Made by a program: the position numbers and the translations under genes. A stretch of 64,000 bases of DNA, taken from assembly GCF_009914755.1 (NCBI RefSeq), contig NC_060938.1; one strand, 5' to 3'. This document shows, one piece after another, positions 1 through 15,251 of this stretch. Below the pieces are notes generated by a model. It saw nothing but the letters and a program-made list of their open reading frames with translations. It did not search any database and had not been told where the DNA came from. Source of the stretch: the human T2T-CHM13v2.0 reference genome, Homo sapiens. Positions within the stretch are counted from its first letter, which is position 1. The number at the start of each line of letters is the position of its first letter.

Positions 1-29
1 GAGAAAGGAAAAAGAAAGGAAAGAACATA

Positions 30-238
30 CCCTTTTCTTTTCAGGGAACAATTCAGAAGTAGCATACATCACTTGTAGTCATAGTCTATTGACCAGAGGA
101 TGGTTATATGGCCATATTTAACTAAATAGGAGGCTGAGATATGTCATTTTTATCTAGGTATCCAAATGTCTAGCAAAAAAGTTTTTCCACTACAGGAGAA
201 GAAAAGAATAGATACTGGAGGAAACCTAGCAGCTTATG
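30..238 (-). mobile_element. MLT1J-like MaLR LTR fragment
   Basis: catcacttgtagtcatagtctattgaccagagg...tggccatatttaac...ggaggctgagatatgtca resembles the reverse complement of the MLT1J 5' part; highly diverged. Confidence 0.6.
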
Positions 239-706
239 TACCTTGAACTTTACACAGATTGTTTGATTTGGGTGCAATAATCTATCTTCTATGATCTACC
301 AAGTCATTTCCATGTGTTCTTCTAAACCTATTTAATATCCACCCCAATTTAGCAGAATCCCATCTGCTGAGTTCTACATGAAAATAATTCCACATTGTGT
401 GTATGTTTGTGTGCATACCAGCTGAAGTTCAAACTCTGGCTAATTTCAATATTCTGTGACTAATTTTAATCTTTGATAGGACAAAACTGGAATTTGTCCA
501 AACTGTTTTTACTTGATGACATTAAAGATTTAAAAAAAATAGTAGCATAACAAGTGTGAGCAATCATTCTCTAAGACCAGCTAATGAGGAGATACTTTGG
601 TTTTTTTAACAATTTCAAAATAACTAGATTAATGTTAAATACTAATGTGGGCAATGGCAACACTAGCCAGAATTCTGAACTTTTTTTAATACATAAAATC
701 TAACTG

Positions 707-860
707 GGCCGGGTGCAGTGGTTCATGCCTGTAATCCTAACACTGCAGGAGGCCGAGGCAGGAGGATCACTTGAGCCCAGGAGTTCAAGACCAGCCTGGG
801 CAAAATAGTGAGATCCCATCTCTATTTATAAAAGTAAAAATTAAAAATTAAAAATCAAAA
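707..860 (+). mobile_element. FLAM_C (free left Alu monomer)
   Basis: ggccgggtgcagtggttcatgcctgtaatcc...ggaggatcacttgagcccaggagttcaagaccagcctgggcaa followed directly by an A-rich tail; single monomer. Confidence 0.9.
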
Positions 861-1332
861 TATCTATCCGTATTATCTGCTAGTGTTCATCTACATATTT
901 ATTGTGAACAAGTTGCCGGTGCCAAGGAAGCTGCATTCACCTCTAGAGTTTTAAAACAAACATCTCATTAAGAAGTTCATTAAAAGATAAGGGGCAAACC
1001 TTGACATTGATATTTGGTACATATGTAGCACATCAGTATCTAGACTGACAGATTTAGATGTATATACATGTAATTGTTGCTGATTAATGTCACAGAAGAC
1101 GAATTTTAGACATTTTCTCATCTCAATGCCCCAGTAAAACCTCTCCTCAGAAATGTAATACGTTTTGGGGATGAGGAAATGGCCAGAATTGGGCTTTATA
1201 TTAAATATAATAATTGAAATAATCTACATTATCCAAAAATTATGTATTAATCACCAACTATGTCCCAAGTACCATGGGAGGTACTAGGGAAGATAAAAAA
1301 GAATGAGGTAAGGTCTCTGCCCCTGTGAAACA

Positions 1333-1666
1333 CAGTCACATGTCCCATAAAGACGTTTTGGTCAACTATGAACCAAATATACAGCAGTGGTCCCATAAGA
1401 TTATAATACCATGTTTTTAACTGTACCATTTCTATACTTAGATACACAAATACTTATCAGTATTTTATGACTGCCTACAGTATTCAATACAGTAACATGC
1501 TATACAGGTTTGTGGCCTAGGAGCAATAGGCTATGTCATATAGCCTAGGTATGTAGCGAACTATACCATCTAGGTTTGGGTAAGTATACTCTATGATGCT
1601 CACATGATGACAAAATTGCCTAATGACCTAATCTCAGAAGGTAGCCCCGTGCTTAATGCATGACTG
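1333..1666 (+). mobile_element. Tigger3a (MER7A) non-autonomous TcMar DNA transposon
   Basis: cagtca...tgactg terminal inverted repeats; internal ggtcccataagattataatacc and gcctaggagcaataggctat..atatagcctagg typical of Tigger3. Confidence 0.85.
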
Positions 1667-1724
1667 CATTTAGTCTTGTGTTATAAGCTATGTATCAATA
1701 TAGCACTGTTCATATCATTTTTTG

Positions 1725-2252
1725 TTGTTATTTAAAACCTTCAGTGACTCCACTGCCTGCAGGAAAATACCCCTACTTCTTTGCAAGAATATAGGACTTT
1801 GATAATATATTGGCTCTTGTTTACTTACACTTTCCTGTAACACTCTATACCCTTTTACATCAATACTTGTAGTTGCATGAACATTCTATGCTGTCTCACA
1901 CCTTCATAGCTTTACATAAACTCCTACCTCACTTTGGAATTATTCATCTCCTCCTGGTCTAATGAACTCATTCTTCAAAATTCAACTCAGATTTCACCTC
2001 TATTGTGAAGACAGTTTACCCCAACCTCTGTAAACAGTAGAGGTACTCCTTCCAATTTTCTCCAAAGAAATTATTCTCTGGTTGCATTCATCATGTTATT
2101 TCCACCTGTTAATTTACTGATCTCTTTCACCAACTAGATTGTGGGCCCCTGAAGGCGGCGATTTTATCCTGTCTATCTTCATATCCACAGTGCCTAAAAT
2201 AGTGCCTCACACAAAGTAGGGGTTCAATAAAAGTTTGTTGAGTTAATCAATA
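1725..2252 (+). mobile_element. L2 3' region
   Basis: actagattgtgggcccctgaaggc...atatccacagtgcctaaaatagtgcctcacacaaagtaggggttcaataaaagtttgttgag is the L2 3' terminus. Confidence 0.7.
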
Positions 2253-3407
2253 AAAGATCAGGTATGTTAAGGTTATATATGAACTCAATTGCAAATTATT
2301 ATAATCTATGAATAACTTAGTCAAATTCCAAGTGGATCACATGAATTTTCAGAACTTTTCCTTCCATCATTGTTGGAATTAATATAAGCTCTTTGCTTCC
2401 ATGGATGATTCCTTTGGAAGATTTATTATTTATTTTCTATGAAGCAGTTTGAGCTTCTTATTCTATGTAATAAACTATTGCTAAATGCAAAACAAATCTT
2501 CGTCATCACCACTGTACACCATTTTTGAGCAACTTCTATAAGCACAGAGAGTATGGGATAATAATATGGGAAAAATTCCTTTGTCCAACAACAATCTTGG
2601 TTTCCCTAATTCCAGTGGGTTATGTGTATTGCAAATGCAACCTATGCCAATTAAAAGATCAGCTTTGAAAGGAGTCAAAGTGGGGAACCAGTGGATTCTG
2701 ATTCTGAAAAGGCACTGCAATATCTAGCAGTCTTCTGTCCTGTAAAGCTATATAGAAAGCTTTCTCTTTAGTTATTCAAAAGTCCATTGTGCAATCAGTA
2801 ACCAGAACCTACTATTTAGTAAAAAGAATACTCCAGGGATGCTTCTCAGCATAGTCAAAGAGGTAGCTACCTACATGGCAGGACATTGGTGATATACCAA
2901 AACATCTGAATGCCACTAAATATCTGCCCTTGTGACTGGACTCACAGTCTGAAATTCTCATTATTAGAATTATTTCTTTGGTTTAAAGCATTATTTACTC
3001 ATTCCTTATAAAGAAGTAGAAGTACCAGAGTCATATTAAAGATAAAATTCTGCTGGTTTCATTATTTTGCCTAGCGTCATCTTTGTTAACACTATTGAGG
3101 AATAGTGTTTATAGTGTTTGAAAGGCTAAAATCCAACTTGTCTTCATAGCATAAGAAATGTTGACCCAGTGATGCCAACATTTTAAAAGACTTTTAGTCA
3201 AATACGAGTTTAGTTAGTAACACTGCCATTGGTCCTTTATAATATCACTTGAGGGGCTTAATGGATTTTATTTTGTGATTTTAGCAGATATAGATTCATA
3301 AAAAATTATCCATTTTAACAGAAAGAGCAGAGTCATGATTCTTAGCATCCTCTTATCCTGGGCAAATGGATATAACACCCCTTATTCCAGAGATATACTG
3401 TACTATG

Positions 3408-3522
3408 TTTTTCAAGCAATTGATGTGTCTGAATTTTTCAAAAAATGTGTTAATTCATTTCTCTCCAATGAGGTCAAGTGAATTATGACTTGGCTATACA
3501 AACAAGTACAATATTATTCTAA
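3408..3522 (+). repeat. Diverged local direct duplication, copy 1 (partner 4281-4392)
   Basis: tttttcaagcaat...gtctgaatttttc...ttaattcatttctct.caat.aggtcaagtgaattatgacttgg...acaaacaagt...tattatt occurs at both places. Confidence 0.9.
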
Positions 3523-3629
3523 GATTTGGAGGTATATGCCTCAGAGTTCAGATATAGCTCACCACTGACTAATTGCATGAATTTGGGCAAGTTATATCAG
3601 CTTATAACTTAATATAAGTTATATCAGCT

Positions 3630-4131
3630 TGTATATTAATTTCCTATTGCTACTATAACTGTAACAAATTATCACAGATTTAGTGGCTTAAACAACACAA
3701 ATTTATTACCTTACAGTTATGGAATTCAAAAGGTCCTAAAATCAAGGGGTTAGTAGCATGGGTTCTTTAGGAGGCTCTAAGAGAAAAGGTAGCTGCCTAC
3801 ATTCCTTGGCTTGTGCCCCATTCTCCATCTTCAAAGCCAGCATCATAACATCTCCCAATCTCTCTCTCTCTCTCTGATTAGGATCTCTGCTTCCATGGTC
3901 ACATCCTCTTACCTGACTCTGATCTTCCTGCCTGCCTCATCTAAGGACTCTTGTGATTACATTGGGCCCGCCTGGATAATCTCAACATTTTAATATTCTT
4001 AGCTTAATCACTTCTGCAAAATCTCTTTTGCCATATAATGTAAAATATTAACGGGTTTCAGGGATTAGGACATGGATATCATTTGGTGACAGCAGGGGTG
4101 GGGGTGGGGAGACATTATTCTGTTTACCACA
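3630..4131 (-). mobile_element. MLT1C/D-like MaLR solo LTR
   Basis: tgta..ttaatttcctattgct...aacaaattatcacagatttagtggcttaaacaacacaaatttatt ... cagggattaggacatggatatc...cattattctgtttaccaca. Confidence 0.85.
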
Positions 4132-4280
4132 GTGTTGAAGTTAATAAATTTACAGATAAAAATTTATTTCAAGTATTAGTGACTTAAAAAGTGACTCAAA
4201 CTATTAAAATGATATAGGATTCTTAGCACTCCCATAACAGTTAGTGATTTGCTAAGATCTCTTGAAAAACAATTGCCAGA

Positions 4281-4392
4281 TTTTTCAAGCAATCATGTCT
4301 GAATTTTTCTAAAAGTGTATTAATTCATTTCTCTACAATTAGGTCAAGTGAATTATGACTTGGTTTCACAAACAAGTGTAGTATTATTTTAA
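4281..4392 (+). repeat. Diverged local direct duplication, copy 2 (partner 3408-3522)
   Basis: Direct alignment to 3408-3522, with an identical 23-bp core aggtcaagtgaattatgacttgg. Confidence 0.9.
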
Positions 4393-5169
4393 ACACGTGA
4401 TTCGCTACATGCAAGTTAGGGTATTACCTCGTGATTTGAGATGAAAGAAAAGGATTTAAAATTCTTTAAAAGGACATTCAGAAAAAAGGCTAAGGATAGT
4501 ACACTTAGTCTGAATAAAAACAAAATACCTTATAGAATGAGAATAAACTGGCAAGCCATACTCATCAAATTCCACTCATCACCATAACCATGTAGGATGG
4601 AATTCTGCTTCTTAACAAGTGGAAAGCTTCAGGAGAACATCACTCTCCTTTTAACATTGAGGCAAATGTGGATAATCTACAAAATCATCAATTTTCTCAG
4701 GGCCATCAGAGAGTTGAGGTAATAAGGCAGCCAAGAGAACTGAATTTCAAAGTCAAAAGCCCTCCCTAGAGAGATGGGACACATGAATTCTTTCACCTTT
4801 AATAGAGCATGGAAGAAAGAGACAGCCACCATAATATGATAAATCAAATTTAAATGTGGGCTAATGCATAATTTTAGAATAACTGGGTACCCCAGACACA
4901 TGGAGAGTTCACATTCTTCTCCATGGATTCTCATTTGGTGCTCACAAGAAATATTTGGAAAAGGGCAGGAGAGCAGAGTGTCCTTTGGTGGCATAGGCAT
5001 TCAGGTCGTGACCAGGTGCCGGGAGGCAAACAAAAAATACTGCCCACTTTGACAGACTCTTCTCTCCTAGGAAAAAAAGCTGTAAGTCACTGGGCTGGGG
5101 TTGGCTGGGGGAGAGGATTCCGTACTTTTCAAGAGCTTCCAGAGACACAAGGCAGAGTTTGACAGACAA

Positions 5170-7100
<1,931 letters not shown>

Positions 7101-7532
7101 TCTATACTTAGAGAAAATTCCACAATTTTCAGTTCTTCCTGTACTGTTCCATGTAAAAATCTGTGTTCGTGGGTAACACAGGAAAAAAGTATCCCAGTCA
7201 AATACGTTTGGGGTCAAACAAAATTCATCACACTTCTCAGACATATTAATATGTCTTTCCACCTTATTAATTACTCCCCAAGTATATTTCAGTATGGAAA
7301 TATCTCATCTCAGTTGTGTTCCATTTAATGTGATAGAGGAAATTGTGAACATTGTGTACACCTGAAGGTTTTGAAGCAACTGGTAGAGTTACTAATGTTA
7401 ACTAAAACCTGTGTAAAATGAGCTAATTTTTCTCTTTGGCTCTATTTACTTATTAGTAAAAATAAAGTCATAAAAATGTAATTGAAACCTAGATAAAAAG
7501 AACTGTGACTTCTTCAGAGGAAGGGGCTGGAA

Positions 7533-7645
7533 CATTGCTATTCAAACTGTGATCTGTGGTCCAGCAGCACCAGCATCAGCTGGGAGCTTGCCTGACACGC
7601 AGAATTTCAGGTTAAGCCAAAGACTTCCTGAATCATAATCTATAC
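7533..7645. mobile_element. MER5A fragment (hAT-Charlie MITE)
   Basis: ccagcagcaccagcatcagctgggagcttg...gcagaatttcagg...ctgaatcataatct. Confidence 0.7.
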
Positions 7646-9154
7646 TGTACTAGAAAAATACATGGCACTAGGCTACAACAGACTGATATGACTTTCTTTG
7701 TATCATTAAACAGTGGGGGGATGTGATTTTAATTTATAGTGTATCTGATCTGAGCTGTTAGAGTATCTGAATTTCCATTAACTTGAATGATTATTAGAAA
7801 ACAACCTTTAATCCAAATTTTGGCCATTAATACACATTATTCACAATTAATATTTAGATGTGATTTTATATGAGATGGCATTTGGAATTTAGTAGTGTAT
7901 TTAGAATTTCTATATTTAGCAGTTAAGATTTTCTTTAGTTACCATTTGCAATATTCAAGCAGCCACAGCAAAGGAAGCTTCTCAGATAGCTCAAGAATTT
8001 TACCACTGGGGAAGCATCACAGGTTTTATTTTCCCGATCTCTGACTATAACCTAAACCAAAATCTCACTTGCTAAAATGGCAACTAATTTTAATTGTAAA
8101 CAAATATTTTTCTTTAATCAGAATGATGTCACAATCTTACTAAGCCAGAGCCAGGCCAGGTACCAGCCTTTTGCCTGTCTAAAGGTAACAATAAAATGTA
8201 AATACCTCCTAGAAGAGATGACTTTTACAAAGAGGAGAAATAGAGAATTTACAGGTGACATTTAATTTTCTCAGCTTTCACTGAAAAAAAAAAACCCTAC
8301 ACAACAATCCACCATCCTCTTGGTGAAACTGATTTAAAAAAGTCATTTGCCATTTGCACTGGGATAAGCACACAGGCCATGCAGAAAACCGCTGTCTATC
8401 TAAATGAAATCAAAAGGACAGGATGTCTCCTATTCTTATGTGACTAAACACAGCTAGAAAAAGTACACCTGTAATCAGAGTCCCTGGAGCTTTGATTAGA
8501 CAGGGAGAGTTGGTTCCGTACACAACACCGAGCTGCGTATGACTTGCCCTGACTCTCACGGAGGTCACAATTGAACAAATGCCTTTACAAGCTAAGAATT
8601 CAATCCAGATGTGAAAAGTTTCCACACGCTTAAGTAAGTTTTCATCCTTCAGGAGGGGAACTAGTATCTCGGGGAATGAATGACCTACTTCCCTCAAAAG
8701 CCAAGTCTCCACAGTCAAAGCAAAGAATTAGGGCAACTATCCAGATAATTCAGGCCACCCAAATCTACTCTGGCCTGAATTATTCAAGTTAAATACAACC
8801 TTCTTTGCAGGGTCTTGTCTCCCATATAATTCAGAGGGGTGTGAGATCTCCCAGAATTTTCCTACCTGGGAAATCAGCATCATTTACTCCCTCAGAGAAG
8901 ACAAGAGGTAAAAGTATTAATGTGACCCACTTCTATTCATCATCCAGCTCTTTCTGCCTGGATACGTTACACTTTGCTTTTCATTCTAAACAGCACTTTC
9001 CTTTCCTGAGCTGCGCTACCTGTGACCTGAGGAAAAACAGCAGCAAATAGCAAATGAGGCAGTATGCAGGTAGGTGGTTTAGGCCTCTCAACTTGAAGAT
9101 TCAGAAACCTGAGGCCACAGTATCCTATACTTAATTGTCTAAATGTGATTTAGG

Positions 9155-9725
9155 GTTTTATTTATTTATTTATGTTTACACTTTTAATTTTAGAACAGGT
9201 TTGGTTTACATAAAAGTTGTGGAAATTGTACAAAGCATTCCCACATGCTGTACGTCAGTTTCCTCTCTTGTTAACATCTTACATGGTCTATTTGTTACAA
9301 TTAATAGATCAGTATTGATATATTATTATGAACTGAAGTCTATACTTTATTCATATCTCCTTAGTTTTTACCTAATGTTCTTTCTGTCTTCCAGGATCCC
9401 ATCCAGGACACCCCATTACATTTAATTGTCATGTCTCCTTAGGCTTCTCTTGGCTATGACAGTTTCTCCAACTGTCCTTGTTTTTTATAAGCTTAACAGT
9501 TTTGAGAAGTACTGGTCAGGTATATTGTAGAATGTCCCTCAATTAGGATTTGTATTGTGTTTTTTTCCTCATCATTAGACTGGGGATGTACATATGGGGG
9601 ATGAATACCATAGAGGCCAGTGCCATTCTCACCATATGGTGACACTGACATGACATCGCTGGTGATATTAACCTTGGTCACCTGAGGTAGTGTTCTCCTG
9701 GTGCCTTCACTGCAACATTACTGAT
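9155..9725 (-). mobile_element. L1MC/MD-type 3' end
   Basis: T-rich tail then ttttagaacaggtttggtttacataaaagttg...ttccaggatcccatccaggacacc.cattacattta.ttgtcatgtctccttagg. Confidence 0.8.
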
Positions 9726-10315
9726 AGAAACCCTTAATGCCACAGTGATTGTAAATCTATATTCATATTTGAATCTATCGATATTTTTAAAATATATTTT
9801 TAAAACTTGGCTCATAATTTATTTTAAATAGAATTATAGAATACTCACCCATTTGGTGACTCCTAGAGTCCGAAAAAGTCACTGAGGGCATGAAAGATTG
9901 TTCACATCCTGGGTTCACAAAGTATGTTGATAAATGGTTGGTACGGGTGACAGTCATCAGAATTATTACAAAAAGCAATTAAAAACTAGAAAGCCAGCCT
10001 CTGGCAAAACTGCATGGGAAGTAAATTTGCTGCTGGGAATGCAGTAGTTTTTTGGGTGCCAAGGGAATACAAAATGCTTTAGTGGTCCTGATCATGAGGA
10101 AAGGTGAATTGGTCAAGTGACTACTATTTTGGCATGAATTAGCCTATTTAGCTTAGTGCTTAATGTTGAATGAAAGACATTATGGTATTTAGGTTAAAGT
10201 GAGAATTTTGCAGATGGTGACTTTCACAGTGACCTACCCTCTTCCCCAAGCAGGTCACAGATCTTAAGTAATGTCTTCACAAAGAGAAGGCAAAGGAATT
10301 ATTCACATGGGGTGA

Positions 10316-10660
10316 TATTCAAACACACCAAACACATTCCCGTCTTGAGGACTTTGCACTTCTTCCAGCTACCTGGAATGCTCTTCACCAAAGTATTGGT
10401 GTGGCTCAATGCTTTCCTTCATTCAGGTCTCTCTTCAAAAGCTCCTTCCACAAGGAGGCCTTCCTTAATCACTCCATCTAAAATAGCATCCCCAAATCCT
10501 AGTTTCTACCTCCTTATTCTGGTTGTTTTGATACTTTTCACAGTCTGACATTGTTTATTATACTCTTCCATCCCCACCAGAATGTGAACTCCATAATAGG
10601 GACCTTTCCTTCTTCACTGCTCTACCATTGAATTCTGAAACAGTTTCTGACACAGAATTC
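10316..10660 (+). mobile_element. L2 3' region
   Basis: aaacacaccaaacacattccc...gactttgcactt...cctggaatgctctt...aggccttcct...ccagaatgtgaactccat. Confidence 0.75.
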
Positions 10661-11243
10661 AGGTTCACAGGCTTAACAGGGGAAGAGAGAGTTGTGACCA
10701 GCCTGGAGCACCTGAGAACCTAGCTATGTCTGGCCAGGTCTCTGCCCCTGAATATTCTGATTGGAACTGAACCACTGACATGGCAGCCCACTTGTCCAAG
10801 GCCCTTATTTATATCAAAGAATTAAACATTAGGAGCATGTAACAGCTTAAAACATTCAAATTAATAATTACACACATAAAACAAATCTTTTTCTGAAAGG
10901 CTTGTATAGTATCATAAACCTTGATTGTTCCACAGAAGTTTGACCTAAAAATATTGTCAAAAAAGTTTCTTTCATGAAAGTCTTTATTATCCATCAGCTA
11001 GATTTCCCAGATAACTTCTGATTTTTATAATTTAAAGAAAATATTATAAATTTTACATTATTAGGTTCTTTCCCAAATTACATCAATGAAGTTCCAAAAA
11101 GGGAAGAGCACAAACCAAAGGTAAAGAAAGACTGCCTTTCATTTTGTTTACTGAATTCAATCCTATTTGAAGGACTTTCACAAAATTGGGACCAGAGGAT
11201 GTCTCTTATGAATGATATGAATTGCAAACATAAATAATTATAT

Positions 11244-11555
<312 letters not shown>

Positions 11556-11750
11556 ATATTTGACTTAATACAATTGTGAATAAAATCCCATTAAATTATA
11601 TTTCTTTTGCTTCTCATTGTCATACATCTTTCTCAATTGTGATGTGCAGAAATATCACTGGTTTATTTTATTTCTAAAAGTTTGACTATAATGCAGCAGA
11701 AAAAAACATAAATTAGAATATATTTTCATATTTTACCTTTCAAACCTACA

Positions 11751-12201
11751 TTTTTTTAACTTTTATTTTAAGGTCTGGGGTACATATGCAGGTTTGTTAT
11801 ATAGGTAAACTTGTGTCATGGGGGTTTATAGTAAAGATTATTTCATCATGCAGGTATTAAACCTAGTACCTATTAGTCATTTTTCCTGATCTCTCTCTCC
11901 TCCCACCCTCCACCTTTGGGTAAGCCCCACTGTCTGTTGTTCCCCTCCATGTGTCCATGTGTTCTCATCATTTGGCTCTTACTTATAAGTGAGAACATGT
12001 AGTATTTGGTTTTCTGTTCCTGCATCAGTTTTCTAAGGATAACAGCCTCCAGCTCCATCCATGTTCCTGCAAAGGACAGGATCTCATTCTTTATTTATAG
12101 CTGCATAGTATTCCATGGTGTATATGTACTTCATCTTCTTTATCCAGTCTACCATTAATGGGCAATTAGGTTGGTTCCTTGTCTTTGCTATTGCAAATAG
12201 T
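11751..12201 (-). mobile_element. 5'-truncated L1PA13-like 3' end
   Basis: ggggtacatatgcaggtttgttatataggtaaacttgtgtcatggggg...; ORFs 11873-12058 and 12084-12290 translate to L1 ORF2 C-terminal-like text (MELEAVIL, YIYTMEYYAAI); imperfect TSD aaacctacattttt/aaacaacattttt. Confidence 0.9.
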
Positions 12202-13227
12202 AAAACAACATTTTTAAATGGAATTTTAAGTCTCAGATTTGGCTGCGCCCTCAAAAGGCTGAGAACAAAAAAGTAGACTAGCACTTCCATATTCCGAAGG
12301 AAATGGGAAAACCAATTTTGTAACTCTTTACCTCTAACTCATTCAATGTGATAAAAGTGTTAAAGTTGGAGAGGCTGAGAGAGTGAAAGGAACTGAAAGG
12401 TATTTTTCAATGAAGAAAGGTGTCAGTATGACTTTCAAGTCAAATTAGAGGGCTTTCTAGGAAGCATGGTGGGTGGTGACAGTGAGGTGGCATGTGGCTG
12501 CAGAGTGAAGAGCTGAATTTGTAAAGTAAATGCATTCTACCTACTATAGCCAAAGGAAAGTTGACCCAGGGTCGAATTAGATGCAATTCTATAGGTCGGT
12601 CTAGAACTGCTAGAAGACTTCAGCAAAATGAGGCAGGATATGAAAATCCACTAGAGATGTAAAGGAACTGCAGAGGAAAGCTCTTTAGGGATGGGTGTAA
12701 TCTACAAAGAATCCATAATGCCCCACAAAAGATTCAAACATCTGCCTCACTCAGAGGAATTCAACAGCCTTTCACATCAGTGCCATTCAAGGGAAACCTT
12801 TCTGGACTTTCCTCTCCCGATGACCACCTCAACTCTGGAAGGTCACAGGCTGCTTCTAGGACATGGCAGAGTTAACATAAAAGATGACTGGCTCCTCTTT
12901 TCCACTGAGGTTTCCCACAAGGAGTAACCCTGAGTCATAAGAGGGAAAAGCTTTAACTTTAGATGGAACTGGGATGGAGTTTACAAGGGATATAATATTT
13001 TAACTGGAAAATGTAACTGTTTTTGCCACTTGAGGTAGGCAGAGGACATTTTCCAAGAATGACCAGACAAGTTATGGAACTTATTCCAGCATTCATCCAA
13101 AAAGAAGGAAAAACTAGTTCCACAAAGTGGATGAGAAAGCACTGAGGATAAAAATAAAATTGTTTTCATTTAAACCCTGTGGGTCCTGTTCTTTCAATAT
13201 ACTCTAAAGTACAAAATATACATAAAG

Positions 13228-13764
13228 TATACAAAAGATAAAAATTCAGGACCCTCTAAATTTATTAAGCCAAGCGAGTCATACAGGATGTTTGCAATTG
13301 TGCTTCTTAGATTATAAATTATCTCTCTTCCTCATTGTTCTTATTCTGTAAATGATTAGGAAAGACCAGAGACCAGGTCTTCTCCCTTCCAATCATGGAT
13401 CTTTGTTATAGATTAACTGCTTACCTTATTGTTCTGTACTTAACTCAGACCAGATAATGCCCCAAACCCCATAACTGTTACATCTTCAGTGTGGAATGTG
13501 AAACATACATTTCCTAAAGAAAAAGACCACCTTGACAAATCAGACTGTTGTAACTATGCATTAAGTCTTACATAGAAAGATGCTGAAAGTCTATTAAGAT
13601 TCCCTTAACTTTGTCTTTATAAATAATCCCAAACTGCTACACTTTGGAATGCTGATTTCCATTCTTTGGAATCTGTGCTTCCCAGTGGGCTCATCCTCAA
13701 ACTTTGCACTTGAATAAGCTCTCTTTAAACTAGATTCTGACCCTTTTGATTATTTATGTTGACA
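13228..13764 (+). mobile_element. ERV1 solo LTR, MER87-like
   Basis: aattcaggaccctctaaatttatt ... ctctctttaaactagattctgacccttttgattattt.tgttgaca terminus. Confidence 0.7.
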
Positions 13765-13791
13765 AGCACATTATTAATTGGTTATTACTTT

Positions 13792-14713
13792 TGTGAAAGT
13801 TGCAGATACCAAGATGAACTCACTTTTGTCAGACCCAGACAAAACAGGGCTAGGAACTCTGAAGAAGAGGAGGCTTACGTTTACAAGGCTGCAGTAAGAA
13901 CTGTATATGGATCTGTGTCCCCACCCAAGTCTCATGTCAAATTGTAATCCTTAATGTTGGCAGTGGGGCTTGGTGGGAGGTGATTAGATCCTGGGGGTGG
14001 ATTTCTCATAAATAGATTAGCAGCATCTTCATGATGCTGTCCTCACAATAGTAAATGAGTTCTCATGCAACCTGGTCATTTAAAAGTGTGTGGCACCTCC
14101 CCCTACTTTCTCTCTTGCTCCTGCTCCCACCATGTGAGAGGACTTGCTTCCCCTTTGCCTTCCTCAATGATTGCAGACTTCCTGAGGGCTCCCCAGAAGC
14201 CAAGCAGATACCAGCATCATGCTTCCTGTATAGCCTGCAAAACCATTAGCGAATTAAACCTCTTTTATTTATTAATTAACCAGTCTTAGGTATTTCTTTA
14301 AAGCAATTTGAGAACGGGCTAACAAAAACTGTTTCCAAGGATTTTCTAAAAACACTTTTGCATCCTTCACTTATCTTTTGCTTTGATAAGGCTTATCACT
14401 AGACTGTCTGTAAGACTGTCATAAGTCAGATAAAATGCTCTGAGAAGAACACTTGTCCCATAACAACATCTCCACAAATGAACTGATAACAACTCTAGCT
14501 TTGAACCTCTGGAACCAATGAAGTCTGTTTCTAAGACTTGTATATCCTATGTAAATCTCTTTTTGCTAATAAAAGCTCCCCTTTCTCTTCCCTCACTGAT
14601 CACACTGGTGGCTTGCCATTCCATGCATCCTAGATTATGATTCTTATTTCTTTATAAACTCAATATATTTAGAGACAATTCTTTCTAGTGTCATTTTTTT
14701 TTTTAGATTGACA
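13792..14713 (+). mobile_element. ERV LTR, LTR47/MER72-like, interrupted by an MST LTR
   Basis: Starts tgtgaaagttgcagataccaagatgaa, ends tttagattgaca; the sequence joins across the MST insertion at aactg. Confidence 0.65.
13904..14326 (+). mobile_element. MSTA-like MaLR solo LTR
   Basis: ggatctgtgtccccaccca...ggtgggaggtgatt...aattaaacctctttt...ggtatttcttta.agcaa; 5-bp TSD aactg at 13899-13903 and 14327-14331. Confidence 0.88.
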
Positions 14714-15251
14714 ATCTATAGTATTCCTCTCTATAAGTATGTTGGAATTTCCCAACATTTCACACCAGGGACTCAGGCTCAGCAAATACTTTCTTATGCT
14801 AATATCACTGAGACAAGGCAAAAGGCCATAATTATACAAATTAATGGCTCAGTGAAATATAAAGGTAAATAGAAGGCTAATTAATCTGCTAACTGTCTTT
14901 CCTTGTTGTAAGCATGAACTTTCAGAATTTAGCTTTAATGTATCCATTGGACAGGAAATAAGAGAGTCCCAAAGGCATTTGGAAGTCTAGTCACAGGACT
15001 TTTCATGTGAAAGTCTCCTACCTTGGGCCCACACGTGCAAAGCAGCTGAACAAAGGCTGAGGACTTCATGAATACCTAAGACACAACAGAACCCCCAGAT
15101 GCCCTAGTGAGGTAGTAAGAGTGTTTCAGGCCGATTTTTGTGCTTTTTTTATATTTAAAAAAATTGGTCTCTGTTCAAGGATTTTGAAGGGAAAACTTCT
15201 GAAATAAGCACTTTTAAATTTCCTCTCAAAGTTTTTAAAAAATTCCCAGCT

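Noticed and set aside
8410-8718. 102-aa minus-strand ORF in unique sequence
   Set aside because: Non-ATG start, no domain similarity, and length within chance expectation.
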